Assembly: GCA_965223005.1 (NCBI GenBank)
Contig: CBDCVK010000002.1
Location: forward strand, 128,001 to 192,000
Reading direction: 5' to 3'
Source: Terriglobia bacterium
GTDB taxonomy: Bacteria; Acidobacteriota; Terriglobia; JAJPHL01; JAPKYU01
DNA length: 64,000 nt
Positions 20,054 through 30,224 of the stretch are shown in pieces. A program made the position numbers and the translations under genes. The notes under the pieces were generated by a model. It did no database searches and was not told the origin of the DNA. It saw only the letters and a program-made list of their open reading frames with translations. How positions within the stretch are numbered: the first letter of the stretch is position 1; each line of letters starts with the position of its first letter.

Positions 20054-22739
20054 TCATGGGTGACTGCCATATTGATTGTCCCCGTTGCTGCCAGTCGTTG
20101 CTGCGGGATCGACGATATCAGGTAATTGCCCGCGGTAACCAAAGATGCGCTGCAGCCATCGTACGAACGTAGGAGAGAGTTTCCGGACATACCATTGGTC
20201 TGCGGCACGCCGATTGCCGAGGGCATAGGTCGGGTACGGATGGATGGTATCGGCAATCTGGCGCAGGGTGACACCGTTCCGCATCGCCAGAGCGTACTCG
20301 CCAATCATCTCCCCGGCATTAGCACCGAGGATGCTGACACCGTGAATCTTGCCGGTGAAACTTCTGGCTAGCACTTTGATCATTCCCGTGGTGTCGTTGT
20401 CGATTATGGCGCGATCGATTTTCGAGAATGGAAAACGATAGACTTCATACTGCATTCCTCGCCTTTTGAGTTCCCCTTCCGACCGACCTACATGGGACAA
20501 CTCGGGGTCTGTGTAGGTGCACCAGGTCACATGTTTGAAATCCAGCGACATAGGAAGACGAAGTAAGGCGTTGCTTACGGCTATTTTCGCCATGTGTTCC
20601 GCCATGTGGGTAAACTGATAACGACCCGTCACATCACCGCCAGCGAAGATATTTTTCCTCGATGTACGGCAATGCTTATCCACAAGAATCCCAGTTTTGT
20701 TGAATGCCACACCGGCCGCCTCAAGACTTAATTGGTCCGTATTGGGGCGGCGGCCGCCGGAAAGTAAAAGAGCATCGCCTTTCACCGTAAGTGCGGGTGA
20801 CGCCGCTTCAGTGCTAGCCGTGACTTGGACGCCGGCGCCACTTCTTTCCACCTTCTTCACTGTCCTCGCCAGAGCGAATTGGATACCTTCAGAAACAAGG
20901 CTTTGCTGCAACCGGCGGGTCAATTCCTTGTCATCCCGGCTTAGAATCGAATTTTCCAGGTCGAACACAATCACTTCCGAACCTAATCGGCGGAAGGCCT
21001 GAGCCATCTCGATCCCCACCGGGCCCGCACCGATAATAATCAACCTTCGCGGAAGGTCTGACAACGTGAATATCGTTTCATTCGTCAGATAGCGTGTTGT
21101 CGAAAGTCCTTCTAGGGGACTGGATCACAAATATCGGGAAGACACCTGGGCGACCCTTACGAACAAAATATTGCGAGGACACTGATGTTCCTACCTGAGC
21201 CCCGAGAGCAGGATCATCCGTTGCGGCCGATACGCCGCATGACCGACCAAGCACTGCAACGGCTTTCGCCGCGGTTCGAGCGGATGTATGCTGACATCGG
21301 TCGCCCCTCGACGCCCCGGAGAAGCTGCTGCGGGCCTTGCTGCTGCAGGTGCTCTACACCATCCGCAGCCGGATGCTTATGGAGTCGATTACAACCTCCT
21401 GTTCCGGTGGTTTGTGGGACTGAGCCGTCATGGATGACCTTGTGTTCAGCAAGAACCGGGATCGCCGAGGCATTCTTTGACGAGGTGTTGCGCGAGGCGG
21501 GCGAGCAGGATCGGAGGAGCAATGGACGGGACGCTGCTGGAGGCGTGGGCGAGCCAGAAGAGCTTTCGAAACGCGCCGGAGGGGCCGCCGCCAGGATCGG
21601 GCAATCCCACTTCCACAAAGAGAAGCGGACCAACGAAACGCACCAGTCGACGACAGACCCGGACGCTCGGCTGGCCCGGAAGGGCAAAGGCAAGGAGGCC
21701 AGCTGAGATCGCCGGGCACCGCTGATGGAGAACCGCAACGGGCTGGTGGTGAATGTGCGGCTGACCCAGGCCACCGGCACCGCCGAGCGGGAAGCGGCCG
21801 TGGAGATGGTGGACGACATTCCGGGCCCGATAAGGTAGATACGACGCCAGCGATGGTGCAGCAGTTGCGGGAACGGAAGGCGGCACGTGGCGCAGAACCA
21901 GGAACGGCGGCGCAGTGCCATCGACAGCCGGACCACACGGCACCCGGGTTACCTGAGCGCGGAAGAAGGTGAACGGTCGGGTTGCTGCGGAAGCTGCGGC
22001 ATCGGGGCCTGGAGCGCGTCGGCTGGATCTTCACCTTTACGGCTGCCGCCTTCAACCTGGTCCGGATTCGCAACTTGGTGATCGGGGCCGGCCCGCCGCG
22101 GGTAGTGGGCCCAGGGGCCGCCTGAGGAGGAGTGTGTCCAAAGGACGAAAAAGGGCTGGGAAAGGCAAAAGACAAGGCCCCAAAGGGCCAATAGCGAGGT
22201 TCACTACGAACCGAACGGCTCAAAGAAAATTCCCACAGGATAAAACTGAATTTTTTGGCCCTTTTTCAGCACCCTGCTAGGGGAGGAATATGGGGCGCAC
22301 TGCCGGTGGCGATCACAAAATATCGGGAAGACACCTGCGAACGCGTCCCTTGTTCATCAACAATTTCCAATCTGCGCGGATCCAGAAACTTGGCCTGGGC
22401 GGTGATCACTTGTACCCCCATGCTTTCATAGATCGGCGGCGCGTCGGCTTCCGAATAGATATGGGCTTGTGTGGCATGAACGTGTTCCATCACCTTCGCA
22501 AAGTTAATGTTGGGAGTGGAAGGATCTAGTCCGTGGCGGTCAGCCATTCGCATGGTATGCACAACCTTGGCCGCTTTTAACAAGGTCTTGCTCGGCACGC
22601 AGCCAGTCCACGTACACTCTCCTCCGAGCTTTCGCGCCTCCACCAGCCCCGTCTTGGCGCCCAGGGAAGCAGAAAGTCCAGCAGCGGTTAGACCCGCCGC
22701 GCCTCCGCCTATTACGACCATATCGAAGTCATAGTACAT
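20054..22739 (-). pseudogene. Pyridine nucleotide-disulfide oxidoreductase (dihydrolipoamide dehydrogenase/mercuric reductase-like), split by an IS
   Basis: VIGGGAAG, GGECTWTGCVPSK, ATGS, IIGAGPVGIE, GDV, HPYPT; removing the IS restores PHIPPLEGLSTTRYLTNETIF in frame. Confidence 0.85.
21116..22276 (+). mobile_element. IS5-family insertion sequence with frameshifted transposase
   Basis: CTAG at both 21112-21115 and 22277-22280; right end TTTTTCAGCACCCTG; fragments DHPLRPIR, DGTLLEAWASQKSF, RTNETHQSTTDPDARLARKGKGKEA, LMENRNGL, AFNLVRIR in different frames. Confidence 0.85.
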
Positions 22740-23141
22740 AGTGCCCTCACAGCTATACTGGGACTCAAGGAAGCAATCAGCCATTATAGCTTTTCCACGC
22801 TTATTCTCCGACCAAGCCGTGCCAAAACCATTTGATGCTGTTGAGAAAGTTTGCTGCGGCGGGAGCGCTGACTCTGACCCTGAAGCGTGGAGCTACAGAA
22901 ACCGGGCCACCCTAGCCGAGGGATCAGTAAGAGTGCCCAGCGCCGCAGTGTCGGGTCGCTGTCAGACAACCCCACGGCTTGTCCCCACTAAAGAGGAATT
23001 GTCGTGACGGCTCGATGGGTTGCTAATGGACTCCATCTGACTGACCGAGCTAGAGTAGCTCCCGGTTCGGGGTCCCACAATTCAGAATAGGAGGGTAACC
23101 TCAGCGCAACTGTATCTTTAGAACACTTCCCGGAAGCGCCG

Positions 23142-25004
23142 TTAGGAGGTCCGTGAGACCCGGCGTCGGACCCGCAGGCCGATCCAGATAACCAGGACAG
23201 AGCCAATCACTACAAAGATCACCAGCCAAGGCCAGCGTTTCCATTGATTCAGCAAGGCAGGTCGATCCTCGTCGGGCCCGACAGGCAACCAGAACCGCCA
23301 CCGAGTGACTGGCTCGGTCGCCGTCTTTTCTGCCAAGGGACGCAGGATCGCGTTGGCAGGCTGGAGCAGGTACTCGGCCGATAAGAAACTCAGATTGAAA
23401 CGCGCCACCGGATCGGTAAGAGGCCGGGCCCGGTTTTCTTCAACGGGAACGAGGCCCAACTTTACCGTACCTTCTGGACCAGAGGCGGGCAGGGCAACCC
23501 GGTTCTGCGAAGCAAGCTCACCAAAAAATTGGGGAGACATCCGCTCGTCCACTCCCAACAGCCACGGCCCATGGAACAGCGCCGCGCGGTTGGGCCTTTC
23601 TGGATGGTGCACCAGTCGCGTCTCCATACGATAACGAACCTGGACGGATTCACCGCTTCTCCACCCGCGGTCCAGCCGCAGGTACCCATTGTGTATTTCC
23701 CCCGGCACCGGCCGACCGTCCACCGATGCCTCCATTGTCGTGGCCCAACCTGGTCGCCGGATGGCCAACGTCCCTATGCGACCGTCGGCTTCGACTACTT
23801 CCAGGCGCACCGTACCGTCCCGCGCCAGAGAAGAATCGGCGCGAATCTTCCAACCATCTGCATCTACGCGGCTGTCGATCGGCAGGTCGTAGAAAACCAC
23901 GCCTTCCTTAGAATGAAACGCCGCCGCAGCGATATCCGGGAAGGCCCGCAGCCCGTGCAGGGTGCAGCACCACCAGGCGCGAACGCCAGTAGAGCCGATG
24001 CCGTTTTCCTCCAGAACGTGATGGCCGAAGTCCCCGTTCGGAAACTGGTTAAACGAGAATGCGTTGAGCAGGGACCCCTCGGCCTGCTCGAGATACTGAA
24101 GTTTGCCAGTCAACCGCCACACTTCCAGGCTTAAGCGCACCCAATCGGCGTGCGAACAACCTTCATCGCGCCGGATGTCGTCGCGGCGGATCTGCGGGTA
24201 AAAAGCCTCTGGAACTGCGCCCTGGATCAGTAGGTTCCCGGATTCCCCAATGCCTTTCCATTCCCTCTCCGCTTGCTGCAGATAGGCCTCATCGCCGGTC
24301 GCTTTGAACAGTTCGACGATTCCCCGCAGAGAAGACAGGAAGCCGTGACTATGTTGCGACGGGTAGCGGGCGACCCGCGCTGCCATTTGTTGGGCCAACT
24401 CCCGGTACCGAGCCGAGCCGGTCACGCGGTACAGTTCCACCAGTCCTTCGATGTTCTGAGTCCAGCAGATGTATCCCATCGCGAAATGCTTGCCGCTATA
24501 CTGGCGGCGAACCGCATCGGAGTTGTAGACCGGCGCGACGCTTACCAGAAAGTCGCCGATGCGGCGTGCCGCTGCCAGCACATCCGGCCGCGGATTCAAC
24601 CGGTGGTACTCCAGCAGGCCGATTAGCAGGCGGCCGTTTCCCCACAGTCTCGCCATGTCATCTGCCTCGACGCCCGAGTCGCTCATCGGATCGCCGAAAT
24701 GGCCGTCGGGTTTTTGATGTCGAAGGATCTCGAGCGCGACCCGGTCAAGCGAAGCAAAACGCCTGTCGGTATGCCGCGCCGCAGCCGCGACAGCGCCAAT
24801 GTATCGGCCCGAGAGGTCGCCGCTGAAGTTGGTAAAACGCCGAACGTGCCGGGGTATGACGTCAGCCAGCAACAGTTCATCTGTGTATGCTGGTGACTTG
24901 CCGTGGAGAACCCGGTCGAGCGCCAGTTCAAAGCGCTGCGAGAAGTCGCCGGCAAAGATCGGGCCGCAGAAGATCAACAGAAAAGATGCGGCCAGCGCGC
25001 GCAT
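23142..25004 (-). CDS. Glycoside hydrolase family 127-like protein with signal peptide and C-terminal TM anchor
   Basis: DEGCS and WWCCTLHG motifs, IRRPGW, GYLRLDRGWRSGE, ALFHGPWLL; hydrophobic C-terminus followed by RVRRR. Confidence 0.75.
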   Translation of the reverse strand: MRALAASFLLIFCGPIFAGDFSQRFELALDRVLHGKSPAYTDELLLADVIPRHVRRFTNFSGDLSGRYIGAVAAAARHTDRRFASLDRVALEILRHQKPDGHFGDPMSDSGVEADDMARLWGNGRLLIGLLEYHRLNPRPDVLAAARRIGDFLVSVAPVYNSDAVRRQYSGKHFAMGYICWTQNIEGLVELYRVTGSARYRELAQQMAARVARYPSQHSHGFLSSLRGIVELFKATGDEAYLQQAEREWKGIGESGNLLIQGAVPEAFYPQIRRDDIRRDEGCSHADWVRLSLEVWRLTGKLQYLEQAEGSLLNAFSFNQFPNGDFGHHVLEENGIGSTGVRAWWCCTLHGLRAFPDIAAAAFHSKEGVVFYDLPIDSRVDADGWKIRADSSLARDGTVRLEVVEADGRIGTLAIRRPGWATTMEASVDGRPVPGEIHNGYLRLDRGWRSGESVQVRYRMETRLVHHPERPNRAALFHGPWLLGVDERMSPQFFGELASQNRVALPASGPEGTVKLGLVPVEENRARPLTDPVARFNLSFLSAEYLLQPANAILRPLAEKTATEPVTRWRFWLPVGPDEDRPALLNQWKRWPWLVIFVVIGSVLVIWIGLRVRRRVSRTS

Positions 25005-25208
25005 GGCCGACAAATACTACCTTCGAGTGCGCGGGTCAAGTCCATGCGATCGACACGATTTAAGTGAGTAAGGGGCAGGGAGGCCGGACTCCTCGTTTAG
25101 GTATCCTTGTAGATGTCCGAAACAGATGCCCGGAGAGAGTGGAAGAGCGCCGAGGATGGCTCGACGCTAGGTCTCGCGCTCGCCAATCATACACGCGAGT
25201 CGCTAGGG

Positions 25209-27488
25209 TTACCCGCTTGAGGTCGGTGAGACTGTCGCTCGCCTGGCGCGCAACACCCAGCCAAGATTCACTGCAAACAAGAGCGCCGGCGCCAGATACA
25301 CCCATACCCAACCAGGGTTGATCATCCGAAGAAGAGCGTCGAAATCTGTCCCCGGGACCCCGTAAGAAACTGTCAGGTTGGGCAAAGCAATCGACGTCAA
25401 GATGTACGGTGTCCCCCTCGCAATCATCAGCAGAGCCTGCAAGAGCAGGTAACCCCAGGCCACCAGCACCAGCCCTCCCAGGAAACTCCATCCTGACGAG
25501 ATGCCTGGCAGGAGCACCTCCAGGACGCTAAAGCCCTTGGGAGGCAACTGTGTCGCCGTCCATCGGGGAAGAAACAGCAGCCCGACAGCAAGAATCAAGG
25601 CGGCTACCAGCATCAACTTCAGAACAATCATGGAGCCTGGTGATCCCACAACGCCCGAGTTGCTGAACAATCCCTCTGGGCCAGAACCCGCAAACGGCCC
25701 GACCTTTGCTTGCAAGAGGATGGAGCCACCCAGGAAAACGGGCGCCCAGCGCTCCGCTCGCGGTGGGGCGATCATGGCCCGATCCGGTAGATACTTCGAA
25801 TACTGTTCGGCCCAGATTCCTTGTGGCGGTTGCCCCAGATTGAGGCCCGACTCCGCCAACCCCGGGTCCAGTGCGAGAGCTTTTTCGAATGCCTGCCGCG
25901 CTTCCTGCTCCTCGCCGGCACCCCGCAAGAGCACCCCGAGATTGTTCCAGCTCTCGGCAAAATCCGGCAGGCTGCGGTAGAGACGTTCGGCCTTTTCGTT
26001 CTCACCACTTTGGTGGTACGCGACAGCTAACAAGAGGTCGCGTTCGGGTGTTGGGGGCAACCGGTTTTCCAGGTGCCACACCGTTACTGGCCCTGCCAAG
26101 CTTCCCATCCCGGAGCTCAGCGGCATCCCTGCTGCACGCGAGACCCCCTGGACAATTACCGTAAACGAGCCCACCGCAAACCAAACCGTGAGAATAATTG
26201 TAAGAAAGGCTACGCGTTGACTGAGGGTCCAGTACCGGAAGCTCACAAGCGAGAAGGCGCGGACGCGCATGCCTTGTCCCTTTTGCGCGGCCAAATCCGC
26301 CCGGCGCTGTCTCCGGTACCGCACACTGAGTAGAGTCGCGTAGAGCCCCGCGGCAATGGGTGCTGAAAGAATCATCAGGATCAGCAGGTCGGCAAGGAGG
26401 GTGTAGTCTCTTGGCATCAGGAAGACCGAAGTGCGGGCCGCCTCGCTGGCCCGGGCGCGCCATACACGCGCAGCCTCGGTCTGCCCACTTTGCTGGAGGT
26501 AGGCGGCATACGCCTGCCACGCGAAATCGGCAGCTTCGCCGCGGGGCGCAAGCCGAAAGTTCCGCTCCATCAATTCCCGGCCGTAGTTGGTGTTCAAGTC
26601 CGGGGGGTTCTTTCTCCAAGGTTGGTAGAGGATCATCTTCCCGATCAGGGTCAGCAACAGCCGCGGATCGTTTCCGCGCTTCAAGAAATCCTGATATCCC
26701 AGTTCAAATGCTCTACGTGCCGCCGCGCGTTCCCCTAGACGGTCAAGGAGGCCGGCCAGAGGAAGCATTTCGGTGAAATCTGTCGTGGGCACCTGTACCG
26801 CTTCTTCGAGTACCGCCGGAGCTCGCGGGTCTTCCACTTCCCGCAAGACCCTCCACAGGGCGATGCGAAGCGCCGGGGTGGTCGGATCGCGCCCGACTGC
26901 CTCTTCCAGCCCTCTTAGAAGCTCTTCAGCCTCTCCTCCCTTCGGAATCTTCCACGTGTCCGATAAAAGACCGGCCGACTCCTCGGAACGCCATGCCGAC
27001 TCCACTTCGGTCATCGGAACTCGATTCAGCATTAGATTGCCGTTAGGCCAATAAGGCACAACCCTCCCGGCAGCGGGGAAGGAGGCGAACGTTCGGCGGA
27101 ATGCACGATCGTTGAGCTTGTCTTCCACTTCAATTTGCACCCGATTTTCGGTCGGACTGAGCGAGACGATCATCCCAGGAAAGTGCCACCGATCAATCAC
27201 AACGCCCTTCTTCGTATCAATCAGGCGCAGCCAACCCGCATGGCTGAACCAGGCGCGGTTCTCCCCGGCCACAACCAACTGCTTGTTGTATTGGGCGTAC
27301 GTGCCGTAGCGGAGTTGCCAGGACTGTGGTCCACTGCCCCCCGTGATTTCAATCAGGGTCTTCGAGGAGCTATCCATCTGGACATCGGCACCCAGCGTGG
27401 GGCTGGCCGACCCGAGAAGTGCTAGGAGCGCAACCGGAAGCGTTGCCTGAAGCGGTCGAAGCATGTGTCTGATTCCGTGATTCTTCAT
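25209..27488 (-). CDS. Membrane protein with TPR motif
   Basis: Signal peptide, several TM segments, AESWNNLGVL...AFEKALALDP TPR; ATGA overlap with the upstream gene. Confidence 0.7.
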   Translation of the reverse strand: MKNHGIRHMLRPLQATLPVALLALLGSASPTLGADVQMDSSSKTLIEITGGSGPQSWQLRYGTYAQYNKQLVVAGENRAWFSHAGWLRLIDTKKGVVIDRWHFPGMIVSLSPTENRVQIEVEDKLNDRAFRRTFASFPAAGRVVPYWPNGNLMLNRVPMTEVESAWRSEESAGLLSDTWKIPKGGEAEELLRGLEEAVGRDPTTPALRIALWRVLREVEDPRAPAVLEEAVQVPTTDFTEMLPLAGLLDRLGERAAARRAFELGYQDFLKRGNDPRLLLTLIGKMILYQPWRKNPPDLNTNYGRELMERNFRLAPRGEAADFAWQAYAAYLQQSGQTEAARVWRARASEAARTSVFLMPRDYTLLADLLILMILSAPIAAGLYATLLSVRYRRQRRADLAAQKGQGMRVRAFSLVSFRYWTLSQRVAFLTIILTVWFAVGSFTVIVQGVSRAAGMPLSSGMGSLAGPVTVWHLENRLPPTPERDLLLAVAYHQSGENEKAERLYRSLPDFAESWNNLGVLLRGAGEEQEARQAFEKALALDPGLAESGLNLGQPPQGIWAEQYSKYLPDRAMIAPPRAERWAPVFLGGSILLQAKVGPFAGSGPEGLFSNSGVVGSPGSMIVLKLMLVAALILAVGLLFLPRWTATQLPPKGFSVLEVLLPGISSGWSFLGGLVLVAWGYLLLQALLMIARGTPYILTSIALPNLTVSYGVPGTDFDALLRMINPGWVWVYLAPALLFAVNLGWVLRARRATVSPTSSG

Positions 27489-28414
27489 GCCAGTGCCGGA
27501 AGCACCTTCTCCGCAAAAGCTTCCAGGGCTTCCCAGTCGTAGGGGCCCTGACGGAAACCGATATTCAGGCGCTGGACGCCGGCATCGCGATACGCGGCTG
27601 CCATTTCCATTGCCTGTTCCGGGGTCCCGCGGAAAAACCCGCGACGGTGTTCAAGCAAACTGCCCCAGTGGGCCTTTAGAATTTCTTCCTGCCGGGCGAC
27701 AGCGCTGGTGTCAGCGGCCATGTAAAAGCCGACGTTCGCGCTGCGCAGGATGGACTTCGGGTTGCGATCTTCCCTTTGACACCATTCGTCCAGTACTGCG
27801 TTCTTCGCTCGCCACGCTTGAGGATCGAGATAGGGCGCGTTCCAGCCATCCGCATAGCGTGCGGTGGCGCGCAGCGTGCGCTTCTCGCCGATTCCGCCGA
27901 TCCAGATCCGCAGACGCTTCTGTAGTGGTTTCGGATTCGAGCGCGCGTCACTGAGTTGAAAATGCTTGCCGTCGAACTCGGACGCCTTCTGATCGAAAAG
28001 GAGGCGCAAAACCTGCGCGTATTCCTCCAGTTGATCCTCGCGGACGCCGATCGGAGCGAAGGGAATGCCGAATGCCCGGTACTCGCGCTCATGCCATCCC
28101 GCGCCGATCCCGCACTCCACGCGGCCCCCGGAGAGGTGGTCAATCGTCGTAAGCGCTTTCGCCAGGAGTCCAGGATTGCGGTAGTTAATGCAGAAAACCA
28201 GGCAGCCGATCCGAACTTTCCGGGTTTCCACCGCCGCGGCCGTCATGGAAGCGAGCGCCTCGAAGCAGTCCTGGTCTCCTCCTCGCGGCGGGGACTCTTG
28301 GAAATGGTCCGAAACCGAGAACCAGTCAAAACCGCGGTCGTCGGCGAACTTCCAGAGCCGGCGCATTTCGTCGAGAGGTCCACCCAGATGCCCAACGTGA
28401 ATGCCGAAGGTCAT
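27485..28414 (-). CDS. LLM class (luciferase-like, possibly F420-dependent) oxidoreductase
   Basis: GFDWFSVSDHF, YRNPGLLAK, DHLSGGRVECGIGAGW, PKPLQ, IWIGGIGEK. Confidence 0.88.
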   Translation of the reverse strand: MTFGIHVGHLGGPLDEMRRLWKFADDRGFDWFSVSDHFQESPPRGGDQDCFEALASMTAAAVETRKVRIGCLVFCINYRNPGLLAKALTTIDHLSGGRVECGIGAGWHEREYRAFGIPFAPIGVREDQLEEYAQVLRLLFDQKASEFDGKHFQLSDARSNPKPLQKRLRIWIGGIGEKRTLRATARYADGWNAPYLDPQAWRAKNAVLDEWCQREDRNPKSILRSANVGFYMAADTSAVARQEEILKAHWGSLLEHRRGFFRGTPEQAMEMAAAYRDAGVQRLNIGFRQGPYDWEALEAFAEKVLPALA

Positions 28415-28662
28415 GGACACTTGTCACTCCCCGGTGGTTCGTCGTCGCTCAGTCTATCCTAACCCGATCTTGCGAGCCACTGACCGCGCCAGTTAGGCGC
28501 AAATGTCAGGCGCAAAGCAAATGGGCTGCCCGCCAGGCTGGCGGCTAGGGAAGATTTTTGCATCTTGGCCTAGTCGCCGGCGTTACAATGTAGGGGTTCT
28601 TCGGCTGGATTCTCTGGAGACAGGGAAGAAGAGCAGTTCTAAGGAAATGGAGGTGCAGTCCG

Positions 28663-29934
28663 ATGAAAACTGCGCAAGGGACAACGGTTCTGCATAATGG
28701 ACAGCTTGTGGATGGGACCGGGGCACGGGCCGTGCCCAATGCCACACTGGTGATTCAGGATGGTCGAATCACCTACGCGGGTCCAAGCTCGGGGGCGCCG
28801 GAGGTTTCTCCTCAGGCCCGGCGGATTGACGCAAAAGGCGGCACCTTCATGCCCGGGCTCATCGAGCCCCATTGGCATCCCTCCTACGTGAACGCGGTGA
28901 CCATATCGGATCTGGATATGCGCTACCCCGTGGAGTATATGGCCCTTCGATCGGCCTCCCACGCCCACCTGTTACTGGAGTGTGGGTATACAGGAACTCG
29001 CACCGGTGGAGGCATGCACAACATCGACATCGCGCTCAAAAAGGCGGTCGAGGAGGACCACCTGCCGGGGCCCCGGATCTCGGCCGCTGGCCGGGATATC
29101 TGTGGCCGGGGTGGGATGATGGACTGCAACCCCGACTTCTTGAAGTTGGGGATGGAGGGCGAGACGTTCGTGGTGGATGGACCCATCGAGGCGCGCTCCG
29201 CAGCCCGCAGGATCATCAAGGCCGGAGCGGACTGGATTAAGACCTACCCCGGTGGGGATGCGGGCTGTGGCCATGCTGGTTCTCACACTCTTAACATGAC
29301 CGAGGAGGAGATGCGGGCCGTCGCGGAGGAGGCCCATAACTATGGAGTCAGGGTCTTCGGTCACCTCCGGGGCGCCAAAGCGTCGAAGATCGCCTTGCGC
29401 CTGGGGTACGATTCGATCGAGCACGGCAATTACATGGACGATGAGGGCGTGGAAATGCTGCTGGAACGCGACACGCCCATTGTCCCGACGTTGTACCACT
29501 GTCAGGCGGCGAACGAGCGTGGGCGGGAATTCGGGTTCTCGCAAGAGGCCCTGGATGAAGAAAAGGAGCACGTAGAGTGCGGCGCCGAGGTTGCCCAGAA
29601 GGTGCTCAAAGGCGGCGGGCGGGTCGCCACCGGAGGAGGTGACTTCGGCTTGGCGTGGAACCCGCACGGGGACTATGCCAAGGAGCTTAGCTTCTTTGTG
29701 AAATACGTGGGCTTCAGTCCGCTCGATACCATCCGCGGGGCCACCAAGATTGGAGCCGATCTGATGGGACGGGAGAAAGAAATCGGCACGTTGGAGTCGG
29801 GCAAGCTGGCCGACTTGCTGGTGGTCGCAGGAGATGTGCTGGCCGACATCACCCTACTGGAGGATCCGTCCAACTTCATCGCAGTGATGCAGGGCGGCCT
29901 GATCAAGTCGGGCCGGCTGGCCCCAGCCTGCTAA
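28663..29934 (+). CDS. Amidohydrolase family protein (prolidase-like subgroup)
   Basis: MPGLIEPHWH, GADWIK, SIEHG, GTLESGKLADLLVV. Confidence 0.88.
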   Translation: MKTAQGTTVLHNGQLVDGTGARAVPNATLVIQDGRITYAGPSSGAPEVSPQARRIDAKGGTFMPGLIEPHWHPSYVNAVTISDLDMRYPVEYMALRSASHAHLLLECGYTGTRTGGGMHNIDIALKKAVEEDHLPGPRISAAGRDICGRGGMMDCNPDFLKLGMEGETFVVDGPIEARSAARRIIKAGADWIKTYPGGDAGCGHAGSHTLNMTEEEMRAVAEEAHNYGVRVFGHLRGAKASKIALRLGYDSIEHGNYMDDEGVEMLLERDTPIVPTLYHCQAANERGREFGFSQEALDEEKEHVECGAEVAQKVLKGGGRVATGGGDFGLAWNPHGDYAKELSFFVKYVGFSPLDTIRGATKIGADLMGREKEIGTLESGKLADLLVVAGDVLADITLLEDPSNFIAVMQGGLIKSGRLAPAC

Positions 29935-30075
29935 TTGAAAGCAGGCTGGGGCCGCTACGGGACCTCCCTGACGTTGACAAAGCTGTCGCAGGTTTGACCC
30001 AAAGAAGCTTCGTTTGTTCCAATCAGATCCCGATCTACCTCCACCGGGCGTGGGACCGGGGAGCGCCATGTTTCT

Positions 30076-30131
30076 CATAAGCAGAATTTATGCAGATGGC
30101 CGTTGACATAAGTAGCGTTTAATACTAGCCT
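30076..30131 (+). promoter_or_regulatory. Sigma70-type promoter of the ilv operon with an upstream LysR-type box
   Basis: TTGACA 30103-30108, 17 bp, TAGCCT 30126-30131; palindrome CATAA-N7-TTATG (T-N11-A) at 30076-30092. Confidence 0.6.
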
Positions 30132-30224
30132 TGTGTTTTGTCCGCGCCGTCTGACTTGCGGGCCGCGGCCTCGCCGCACACCCGGTCGGAGGACGGGGAA
30201 CTTGCTGGGGACAGGGAACTTGCT

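Noticed and set aside
22101-22109. GGTAGTGGG in the IS tail matching the start of repeats A and C2
   Set aside because: Only 9 bp, with no further similarity; likely chance
20054-22739. True mercuric reductase merA
   Set aside because: No C-terminal Cys-Cys pair, no metal-binding N-terminal domain and no mer genes nearby
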